17,595 bases of DNA, taken from NCBI GenBank assembly GCA_040235515.1, contig JBECKX010000125.1, forward strand, positions 1 through 17,595, given 5' to 3'. Below the pieces are notes generated by a model. That model ran no database searches. It saw only the letters and a program-made list of their open reading frames with translations, and was not told the DNA's origin. Source of the DNA: Candidatus Zixiibacteriota bacterium. GTDB taxonomy: Bacteria; Zixibacteria; MSB-5A5; CAIYYT01. Each line of letters opens with the position of its first letter. Positions within the stretch are counted from its first letter, which is position 1. Below, piece by piece: positions 8,615 to 15,725 of the stretch. The position numbers were made by a program, and so were the translations under genes.

Positions 8615-8664
8615 AACAAAAACGCCGTTCCTGACTCGCGCAATGGAAGCGACCCGAAACGGCA
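8615..8664 (-). terminator. Intrinsic terminator in the riboswitch expression platform
   Basis: RNA UGCCGUUUC (8664-8656) pairs with GGAACGGCG (8631-8623), with an inner UCGC/GCGA helix, followed by UUUUUGUU (8622-8615). Confidence 0.65.
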
Positions 8665-8766
8665 ACGTGAGGTCCCTGAGATTCACTGATGGGAGTCTTC
8701 AGGAACTGATTCCGACACGGCACCCGACAACAGCGGTCAAGGTGCGTGTCGCGGCAAGTTTGACGC

Positions 8767-8857
8767 TGCCGTTTTCCTCCGCCGGTATTATCCGGGTCAG
8801 GTTCGAGGGTTGTTATCTCAGGCAGCCGGGTCAAGCCGGCCACCACTCCCAACGGCA
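8767..8857 (-). promoter_or_regulatory. TPP riboswitch (THI element) aptamer
   Basis: Minus strand: TGCCGTT GGGAGT GGTGGCCGG CTTGAC CCGGCTGCC TGAGA TAACAACCC TCGAACCTGA CCCGGATAATACCGG CGGAGGAA AACGGCA. It has P1 TGCCGTT/AACGGCA, a 9-bp P3, the conserved CTGAGA, GAACCTGA and TAAT loop, and CG.AGG. Confidence 0.95.
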
Positions 8858-8874
8858 TATGTTTCTTCTCGACA

Positions 8875-8902
8875 AAAATACGAGTCCGTCTCCGCGGCGC
8901 AA
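8875..8902 (-). promoter_or_regulatory. Putative promoter of the TPP riboswitch operon
   Basis: Minus strand TTGCGC (8902-8897), 16 nt, TATTTT (8880-8875). This would start transcription about 10 nt before P1. Confidence 0.45.
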
Positions 8903-8995
8903 TAAGATTTCTCAATCTTTTGTTGCGGCTATTCGCGCCGCAGTTCAACTGGACCTTTAGTTCCCCCTTAGCAGGCCGATTGTGAAAGGAATAAC

Positions 8996-9023
8996 TTGCG
9001 TTTTAGGCCTATTTTGATAGAAT
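8996..9023 (+). promoter_or_regulatory. Putative sigma70 promoter of the DUF1015-serA-serC operon
   Basis: TTGCGT (8996-9001), 16 nt ending in TGa, TAGAAT (9018-9023), with an A-rich stretch upstream. Confidence 0.6.
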
Positions 9024-9097
9024 AAGGCGAGTTTACAGGAGGTGACGGATTACCCGCGTAATCCCGTGTTGAGACTACATTTCGGTGGGTAGAGATC

Positions 9098-10345
9098 ATG
9101 GTTAAGGTTAAGGCTTTTAGGGGGTTGCGACCAAAAGCTAGTTTGGTTGAGCGGGTGGCGGCTCCACCCTATGACACCCTGTCATCCGAGGAAGCCAGGG
9201 AGATGGCGTCTGCAAATGAGCACTCCTTCCTGCGCGTTACAAAACCTGAAATCACCTTCGATCCGTCGGAAGACCTTTCCAAAGTCGACCTCTATCGGAG
9301 AGCCAAAGAAAACTTGCAGGCTCTGATCGACAACGAATCGATGATCCGTGATGAAAAAAATTCTATCTACATCTATCGCCTCAATTGGCGTGATGTCGAA
9401 CAAACCGGCTACATGCTCCTTTCCGCCGTCGATGACTACCTGAAGGGCGCCATCAAACGGCACGAGTTCACGCGCCCCGATAAGGAATCAGATCGCACGC
9501 GGCTCAGCGATGTCCTCAATGCTCAGCCGGGACCAGTTTTTCTATTCTATCCTCCGAACAACAACCTCGATAAGTTGCTCGAATCGACTACAGGGGGCGA
9601 ACCGAAGTTCGACTTCGTTGCAGCTGATGTTCGCCACCGAATCTGGATCATCGACGATCCCAAATTGGTCGCAGATATAGTTGCCGGATTTGCCGGGATC
9701 AAGGCCACCTATATCGCCGATGGTCACCATCGCTGCGCTGCAGCAGCCAATGTCTGCAAGGAACGTCGCGGCGCCAATCCGGGCTTCAGCGGGCAGGAAC
9801 CGTTCAACTTCTTCCTGACCGTTATCTTCCCCGAGAACCAGTTGCGCATTCTGCCATACAATCGCGTCGTCACGGACCTGAATGGTTTGAGCGTCGCTGA
9901 CTTCGTCGGCAAGGTGAGCGAGCGATTTGAGGTAACACCCTCCCCTGACAACAAACCGGTCGACCCCGAGGCTGAGGAAGCGATCGGCATGTATATTGAC
10001 GGCAAGTGGTACAGGCTGGTGCCGGGACCGAACTCGTACAATCAGCACGATCCGATCGAGTCCCTGCATATCAGCATACTCTCAAAGAACCTGCTCGAGC
10101 CACTGCTTGGCATCAGCAAACCCCGCACCGACAAACGAATCGATTTCGTCGGTGGAATCAGGGGAACGCGGGAATTGGTCAAGCTGGTCGACTCGGGAAG
10201 ATTTGCAGTGGCATTTGCGGTACCTGCTGTCACGCTTAAGGCTTTGCGCGATGTGGCTGACAAGGATGGCATCATGCCACCCAAGTCGACCTGGTTCGAG
10301 CCGAAGCTCAGGAGCGGCCTGGTCGTAAACCTGTTGAACGAGTGA
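9098..10345 (+). CDS. DUF1015 family protein (ParB/Srx-like IADGHHR motif)
   Basis: 415 aa. Motifs VKAFRGLRP, VAAPPYD, IKRHEFTRPDKE.DR, YIADGHHR.AAA, ILPYNRVV, RTDKRIDFVGGIRG, MPPKSTWFEPKLRSGL. Confidence 0.92.
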   Translation: MVKVKAFRGLRPKASLVERVAAPPYDTLSSEEAREMASANEHSFLRVTKPEITFDPSEDLSKVDLYRRAKENLQALIDNESMIRDEKNSIYIYRLNWRDVEQTGYMLLSAVDDYLKGAIKRHEFTRPDKESDRTRLSDVLNAQPGPVFLFYPPNNNLDKLLESTTGGEPKFDFVAADVRHRIWIIDDPKLVADIVAGFAGIKATYIADGHHRCAAAANVCKERRGANPGFSGQEPFNFFLTVIFPENQLRILPYNRVVTDLNGLSVADFVGKVSERFEVTPSPDNKPVDPEAEEAIGMYIDGKWYRLVPGPNSYNQHDPIESLHISILSKNLLEPLLGISKPRTDKRIDFVGGIRGTRELVKLVDSGRFAVAFAVPAVTLKALRDVADKDGIMPPKSTWFEPKLRSGLVVNLLNE

Positions 10346-10457
10346 CCATTTGGGCAAAGGCAATTACAACGACTTGAATGTATCAGAGTAGCTTCGGTCA
10401 TCACGACCGTTCCAGATAGTGGCAATTTCAGAACTCATGATTTGAGGTATTAGCGAA

Positions 10458-11351
10458 ATGAAGATATTGATTTCAGATGCATTCGATCCCTCGCTGCCGG
10501 ATGAACTCCGCAAGTATGGCGAAGTCACCGACAACAAGGATGAACTGCCGACCGCGGATGTCGTGCTTGTTCGCTCGAAGACTACGTGCAACAAGGAATA
10601 CATCGACAAGGGCAAGAAGCTCAAGCTGATCATTCGTGGTGGAGTAGGCCTTGACAATATTGATGTCGAGTATGCCCGGTCTAAAGGAATCGAAGTCCAC
10701 AACACGGCTGAGGCTTCCAGTATCGCTGTAGCGGAGCTGGCCTTCGCCCTGATGATCGCGGTGCCGAATCACCTGGTTCAGGCTGACACTTCGATGAAGG
10801 AAGGCAAATGGCTGAAGAAGGAATTGAAGCGCACTGAGCTGATGGGCAAGACGCTCGGCGTACTCGGCTGTGGGAAGATCGGGACTGAGATGGCAAAGCG
10901 CGCCGTCGCATTCGGTATGAACGTCGTCGGCTACGATCCTTCGGTCGACATCCACGATCAAATCAGCATCAAGGTCTCGATGGAAGAGATGCTGCCACTT
11001 TCCGACTATATCACGATTCACACTCCGCTTACCGAGAAAACCCTCGGCTTCATCAACAAGAAGACGATCGCCCTGATGAAGGATGGAGTGGTGATAATCA
11101 ACACGGGACGCGGCAAGTGTGTGATTGAGGAGGACGTGGCCGAGGCATTGAAGTCTGGCAAGATCGGTTTCTACTGCAACGATGTCTGGTATTCCGATCC
11201 GCCGAAGGACTCACCGCTGATCGGTGCACCCAATACCCTGTTGACGCCACATATTGGTGCATCGACGGAAGAAAATTTGCTGCGCATTGGCAAGGTGGTC
11301 AATCGCATCATCGGCAAGTTCCAGGGTACCTATAACAAGAGAATTTCCTAA
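10458..11351 (+). CDS. serA: D-3-phosphoglycerate dehydrogenase (short form, no ACT domain) / D-2-hydroxyacid dehydrogenase
   Basis: 297 aa. Motifs VRSKT, RGGVGLDNID, AVAELA, ELMGKTLGVLGCGKIG, H.PLT, NTGRG, TPHIGASTEE. Adjacent to serC. Confidence 0.8.
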   Translation: MKILISDAFDPSLPDELRKYGEVTDNKDELPTADVVLVRSKTTCNKEYIDKGKKLKLIIRGGVGLDNIDVEYARSKGIEVHNTAEASSIAVAELAFALMIAVPNHLVQADTSMKEGKWLKKELKRTELMGKTLGVLGCGKIGTEMAKRAVAFGMNVVGYDPSVDIHDQISIKVSMEEMLPLSDYITIHTPLTEKTLGFINKKTIALMKDGVVIINTGRGKCVIEEDVAEALKSGKIGFYCNDVWYSDPPKDSPLIGAPNTLLTPHIGASTEENLLRIGKVVNRIIGKFQGTYNKRIS

Positions 11352-11385
11352 CTGAGCGCCTGAGAATGGCATAAGGGACATTATT

Positions 11386-12468
11386 ATGGGACGCGTACAT
11401 AATTTCAATCCGGGCCCCTCCGCAATACCGCTTCCGGCACTGCAAACTGCGCAGAAGGAGCTGTTGGACTACAATGGGCTTGGACTATCCGTGCTCGAGA
11501 TGAGCCACCGCAGCAAGGATTTCGATGCGATCCTTGCTGAGACCAAGAAATCGCTCACGAATCTGCTCCAGATCCCGGAAAATTACAGCATCATCTTCCT
11601 GGGCGGTGGGGCATCGCTGCAGTTTGCGATGCTGCCAATGAACTTCCTCGCGCAGGACCAATGCGCGGACTACATCAACACCGGCGCGTGGTCGGCTAAA
11701 GCGATCTCGGAAGCTAAACTCTTCGGTAAGGTCAACATCGCAGTGACGTCAGAGGAAGCCAAATACACCTTCATTCCGTCACCGGAGCAACTCAAGCTTG
11801 ACCCGAGCGCGCAGTATGTCCACCTGACTTCGAACAATACGATCTTCGGCACGCAATGGCATTACTACCCCGATACCGGTAGTGTACCGCTGGTAGTCGA
11901 CATGTCGTCCGATATCCTCTCACGCAGTTTCGATATCAAGAAGATTGCGATGATCTATGCCGGAGCACAGAAGAACATCGGCCCGGCTGGTGTTACCCTG
12001 GTGATCATTCGGAATGACATGCTCGAAAAGGTCAAGGCTGGAATCCCGAAGATTCTCAATTACAAAACGCATACCGATAAGGATTCCACTTACAACACGC
12101 CGCCGGTATTCAATGTCTACATGATCCATCTCTTCCTCAAGTGGATCGAGTCGATTGGCGGACTTGCCGCCATGGAGAAGATCAATCGAGAGAAGAAGGA
12201 TATCATCTATAGCGTAATCGATGGGTCGGATGGCTTCTACAAGGGCACCGTGCGCGAGGACAGCCGCTCCTGGATGAACGCCACGCTGCGGCTTTCATCT
12301 GAGGAACTCGAAGCCACTTTTGTGACCGACGCCAAAGCCAATGGCTTCATCGGACTCAAGGGCCATCGCTCCGTCGGTGGTATTCGCGTCTCGATGTACA
12401 ACGGTGTGCCGCTCGAGGCCGTGGAGAAGCTGGCTGAATTCATGAAGGAATTCAGGAAGAAGCACTAG
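11386..12468 (+). CDS. serC: Phosphoserine aminotransferase
   Basis: 360 aa. Motifs NFNPGP, SVLEMSHRS, GGASLQF, TSNNTIFG, DMSSD, YAGAQKNIGPAG (PLP lysine), YNTPPVF, KGHRSVGG.R.S.YN. Confidence 0.97.
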   Translation: MGRVHNFNPGPSAIPLPALQTAQKELLDYNGLGLSVLEMSHRSKDFDAILAETKKSLTNLLQIPENYSIIFLGGGASLQFAMLPMNFLAQDQCADYINTGAWSAKAISEAKLFGKVNIAVTSEEAKYTFIPSPEQLKLDPSAQYVHLTSNNTIFGTQWHYYPDTGSVPLVVDMSSDILSRSFDIKKIAMIYAGAQKNIGPAGVTLVIIRNDMLEKVKAGIPKILNYKTHTDKDSTYNTPPVFNVYMIHLFLKWIESIGGLAAMEKINREKKDIIYSVIDGSDGFYKGTVREDSRSWMNATLRLSSEELEATFVTDAKANGFIGLKGHRSVGGIRVSMYNGVPLEAVEKLAEFMKEFRKKH

Positions 12469-12510
12469 GCCGGCGCCTGCAGTCTCAATCCGCCCGCTGC
12501 GTAAACAACC

Positions 12511-12553
12511 AATGCGTCAGGTCGCAAAGCTCTGCGCGTGCGCCTGACGCATT
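12511..12553. other. Strong inverted repeat after serC (hairpin without a U-tract)
   Basis: AATGCGTCAGG-t-CGCA ... TGCG-CCTGACGCATT: 11 perfect bp plus 4 bp. Confidence 0.6.
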
Positions 12554-12580
12554 ACAAGTTCACTATCCCCGATTTTCCGC

Positions 12581-12609
12581 TCGACAAAACCGAGATTCGG
12601 CCGTAATCT
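12581..12609 (+). promoter_or_regulatory. Putative promoter of the secreted dockerin-like protein gene
   Basis: TCGACA (12581-12586), 17 nt, TAATCT (12604-12609), about 40 nt before ATG 12652. Confidence 0.45.
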
Positions 12610-12651
12610 AAACAGTAAACTTTCGTCTTTACTTCACCGAACCGTTTAAGC

Positions 12652-13509
12652 ATGTGCACACTACGAACAGCGATCGCGATCATCTTGCTGACTGCCCTGC
12701 CCACCTTTGCGCAAGGCTCGATTTACGGTACCGTCAGCCTCTCCGGCGGCGGTGCGCCGGCGGAATCGGCACTACGATTCTTCGGGTACATCGATGGAAC
12801 CGATGACGAGGTTCGACTGGCGATCTGCGACGGCTCCGGCTACGACGGCATCAACTGGTGGGATGATTTTCAGAACTATGGGGATGAGGCGCCGGGACTC
12901 CCCTACCGCTACCTCTTCTTTGTCTCGAACACGGGCGAAGGCGCCGAGTTGAGCGCTGCGATTCCGAACAATTCGTTTCAGCAGGAGAACATTACATTGA
13001 CCGCAGCAGACTACCCGGAATCACCGGTAGTGCTCGCAACTGCTGAATCGGACGCGGTTCGCCTCAGTTGGAACGAAGTCACAGGCTGTAGCTACCATGT
13101 GTACCGACGACCCAACGGTGTGGCTACTTCATTCTTCCGAATTGATGACGCCACGGGTAATCTCGGACAGCCGGGCCTCAGTTCCCCGGGCTACCTCGAT
13201 TCCGATGTTAGCGCGATCGACCAGTACGAATACCTGGTTATTGCTCGCCGCGCCGACGGTACCTTCTCTCCCCCCTCTGATGCAGTCGCGGCAGTCGATG
13301 GAATCTGCGGGGATGTTGATGCGTCGGGTCTGGTGATCATTTCAGACGCGGTCTACATGATCAACTACATCTTTGCCGCCGGTCCGGCGCCGCTCGACCC
13401 GTTTGGTGGAGATGTCGACTGCAGCGGTGATCTCAATATCACGGACGCTGTCTATGTCATCAACTATCTGTTTGCGGGTGGACCTGCGCCCTGCGCGGGG
13501 TGTGAGTAA
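12652..13509 (+). CDS. Secreted protein with a beta-sandwich/FN3-like domain and a C-terminal dockerin-like twin repeat
   Basis: Signal peptide (…LLTALPTFA|QG). FN3-like motifs VRLSW, SYHVYRR, YLDSDV, YEYLV.A, FS.PS. Two C-terminal repeats GDVD.SG...I.DAVY.INY.FA.GPAP. Confidence 0.8.
   Translation: MCTLRTAIAIILLTALPTFAQGSIYGTVSLSGGGAPAESALRFFGYIDGTDDEVRLAICDGSGYDGINWWDDFQNYGDEAPGLPYRYLFFVSNTGEGAELSAAIPNNSFQQENITLTAADYPESPVVLATAESDAVRLSWNEVTGCSYHVYRRPNGVATSFFRIDDATGNLGQPGLSSPGYLDSDVSAIDQYEYLVIARRADGTFSPPSDAVAAVDGICGDVDASGLVIISDAVYMINYIFAAGPAPLDPFGGDVDCSGDLNITDAVYVINYLFAGGPAPCAGCE
13306..13506 (+). repeat. Twin dockerin-like (EF-hand-like Ca-binding) repeat
   Basis: CGDVDASGLVIISDAVYMINYIFAAGPAP / GGDVDCSGDLNITDAVYVINYLFAGGPAPC. 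The duplication is also visible in DNA (GATGTTGAT...GACGCGGTCTACATGATCAACTAC vs GATGTCGAC...GACGCTGTCTATGTCATCAACTAT). Confidence 0.85.
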
Positions 13510-13529
13510 AGAGCTAGTCGAGGGCTCGC

Positions 13530-14159
13530 TTAAATCGTCTCCGGTCGATTGGGGAGCTCATTGATGTCGTCAGGATCGATCGGGAGTTTCGCCTTGAGTT
13601 CGTCGCTGATCTCCGCAATCGCATTGACAACACCCTCAGAATGATCTCCACCCTTCATACCAGCCACGATCGTCTCCAGCGGCTTGTTCCAGTAGTCGTC
13701 CTCAACGGCTGCGGCAACCGCCGAATCAACCACGATTGCTGCTTGTCGCTCCGCGAGTGAGAGCAGAATCAGGACACCGGTCTTGTTGGCGGTTCGCTGA
13801 ATCGTGTCGAAGGCCCGGCTCGCGCGCTTCCAGACCAGCTTGCGCTTTCTGCTCGGCGATTGAAATAGAAACATCCAGAGGAGATAACCAATCACGAATC
13901 CGATGATTCCCCACAGCGTCGCCTGCTGGAAATCATAGAAGATACCCCAGTCGGAGGTCCTCGTCAAATAGAGTGATGCAACCATAGCGAGAAGAGCCAC
14001 CACAGCGCCCGCAACAAGTCGCTCCGTCAACCAGCCATGACAGCGCTCTGCAATTCTGACGACGATCTCAGCGCTGGTGCTCGTTTCGGCGCGACCAATG
14101 GCCGCAGTGATCGCATCAAAGTCCGCCTCCGAGAAATATCGTTTCACCAAATCAGGCAT
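13530..14159 (-). CDS. TPM domain membrane protein
   Basis: Motifs I..AI..AE..TSAEI.V, two TM helices, T..KTGVLI.LS..ER.A.IV.D, D.NELPN. The ATG at 14159 follows AGGA and is preferred over the overlapping TTG at 14186. Confidence 0.85.
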   Translation of the reverse strand: MPDLVKRYFSEADFDAITAAIGRAETSTSAEIVVRIAERCHGWLTERLVAGAVVALLAMVASLYLTRTSDWGIFYDFQQATLWGIIGFVIGYLLWMFLFQSPSRKRKLVWKRASRAFDTIQRTANKTGVLILLSLAERQAAIVVDSAVAAAVEDDYWNKPLETIVAGMKGGDHSEGVVNAIAEISDELKAKLPIDPDDINELPNRPETI

Positions 14160-14179
14160 ACCTGGTCCTGTCGCTTTCT

Positions 14180-14944
14180 TCACCAACCGCCACTGGCGCC
14201 TCCACCACCCGATGAACCACCACTGAACCCACCGAAGCTGCTTCCACTGCTGAAACTACTTCCCCCGCCGCTGCTCCAGCCACCGCTGCTGAGGAAGCTG
14301 CTCCAGGTGACCGGCTTGTCTTTCGATGCGAGCTTCGCCTGCGTGTACGCGGAGCGGATCGCCAGCGCGATACTCCCGAACACCATCAGGAATACGAACA
14401 TCGAAATCATCCAGGGGATATACCAGGGGAACGTATCATCGGCGAGCGGCGGTGGGCTATACTCGCCACCGATAGCCGCAATGATACCGTCCAGCGCGAC
14501 GTTGATTCCGGCTCCCCAGCGCTTGCCCCGAAACTCGACAGCCATATCGGACGTGCTGCCGACAATCAAACCGCTTTCGATATCGGTCAGCTCCGGCTCG
14601 AGTCCATAACCCACTTCAAGTCGTATCTTGCGGTCAGCCAGCGCGATCAGCAGCAGAACACCATTGTCGCGCTCCTTCCCTCCGATCCCCCATTTGTTGA
14701 ATACTCGATTGGCGAAATCCTCAAGATTATCCCCTTCAAGGGATGGAATGATCAAGATGCCGATCTCGTTGGCGGTGGAATCTCTGTAGTCAATGATCCG
14801 CTGGATGATTTCCTGCTTCTCCTGCCCATCAAGCAGACCGGCAAGGTCCATGAGCGGGGAATCATACGCCGGCACGTCGAGCGCACAGGCGTGCACGACC
14901 GGCAACAGCAGTAATGCAATGATCAGTAGAATTCTGCAGCGCAT
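14180..14944 (-). CDS. TPM domain protein (YgcG family) with Gly/Ser-rich tail
   Basis: Signal peptide; motifs D.A.LL, SLEG..LE.FA...F.KWGIG....DNGVLLLIA..DRK.R.EVGYGLE..LTD; one TM helix; tail FSGGSSGGGGASGGW. Confidence 0.92.
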   Translation of the reverse strand: MRCRILLIIALLLLPVVHACALDVPAYDSPLMDLAGLLDGQEKQEIIQRIIDYRDSTANEIGILIIPSLEGDNLEDFANRVFNKWGIGGKERDNGVLLLIALADRKIRLEVGYGLEPELTDIESGLIVGSTSDMAVEFRGKRWGAGINVALDGIIAAIGGEYSPPPLADDTFPWYIPWMISMFVFLMVFGSIALAIRSAYTQAKLASKDKPVTWSSFLSSGGWSSGGGSSFSSGSSFGGFSGGSSGGGGASGGW

Positions 14945-14950
14945 GATAAC

Positions 14951-15568
14951 TTAGTTCGATTCGAATGCTTCCTTCACGCTCGGAGCTGTTTCCGCTCCCG
15001 CGGTCGCCTTGAAGTACTCCTTCTCATACGGATACCCGAAAAACGACCCGGCAATCAGGGCCGCCACGCCGCGCTGTCGATACGTATTGTACTCGCGAAC
15101 GGTTTCGTTGAAGAGCCTGCGCTCCTGGGCAATCCTGTTCTCAGTGCCTTCCAGTTGCGTCATCAGATTCTGGTAGGTCTGTTCTCCCTTGAAATCGGGG
15201 TAAGCCTCCACGACGACATTGATGTAGGAATTCAGCCGCTGAGATAGCTGCGTCGCAAGTGAATCAAGCAGCGCCGGGTTTTGCTGGTTGAGCGCCTGCT
15301 GCGCTGTTCCCTGCAAGTCGATCACACGTTGCCGCAATTCGGTCACCTCTACCAGCGTGCTCTTCTGTCGTTTCATGAAATTGTCTACCGCAGCAACGAG
15401 ATTCGGTACCAGATCAAGTCGACGCTGATAGACGTTCTCGACCTGCGACCACTTCTCATCCACAGCCTGTGAGCGGTCTATCAACCCACCACGGGCGCTC
15501 CAGATCCACATACCGAGGCCAATGGCCACGATCAGTATCACCGCTATGACGATCCCTGCCACTTTCAT
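14951..15568 (-). CDS. lemA: LemA family protein
   Basis: N-terminal TM helix; motifs WSQVENVYQRRLDLVPNLV, VVVEAYPD.K, L..QLEGTENRIA.ERR.FN..V..YN, YF.A..GAE.AP.V. ATG 15568 lies 7 nt after GGAG (the track gives TTG 15574). Confidence 0.95.
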   Translation of the reverse strand: MKVAGIVIAVILIVAIGLGMWIWSARGGLIDRSQAVDEKWSQVENVYQRRLDLVPNLVAAVDNFMKRQKSTLVEVTELRQRVIDLQGTAQQALNQQNPALLDSLATQLSQRLNSYINVVVEAYPDFKGEQTYQNLMTQLEGTENRIAQERRLFNETVREYNTYRQRGVAALIAGSFFGYPYEKEYFKATAGAETAPSVKEAFESN

Positions 15569-15647
15569 TTCCAAACTCCGCTTTCAGATGTTCTGTAGCT
15601 ATGTCGACATTTGACTCTTCGCATTTCCACCCTCACTAACGGCAGTA

Positions 15648-15676
15648 AACATAAGTGCATTCACCACCGGTAACAA
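15648..15676 (-). promoter_or_regulatory. Putative promoter of lemA-TPM-TPM
   Basis: Minus strand TTGTTA (15676-15671), 17 nt, TATGTT (15653-15648). Confidence 0.4.
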
Positions 15677-15725
15677 GCGGGAACTGGTCTAGAGATTGGG
15701 GTATTTGCGGTGAGGAACGAGGGGA

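Noticed and set aside
8568..8960. ORFs 8568..8948 (-) and 8643..8960 (+) in the TBDR/DUF1015 intergenic region
   Set aside because: They overlap the TPP aptamer, expression platform and promoter. They have no recognisable motif and Arg/Cys-rich or otherwise random composition.
14183..14295. Repetitive CCACC/CCGC-rich DNA
   Set aside because: Encodes the ordinary Gly/Ser tail of the YgcG-type TPM protein; not a CRISPR array or an independent repeat.
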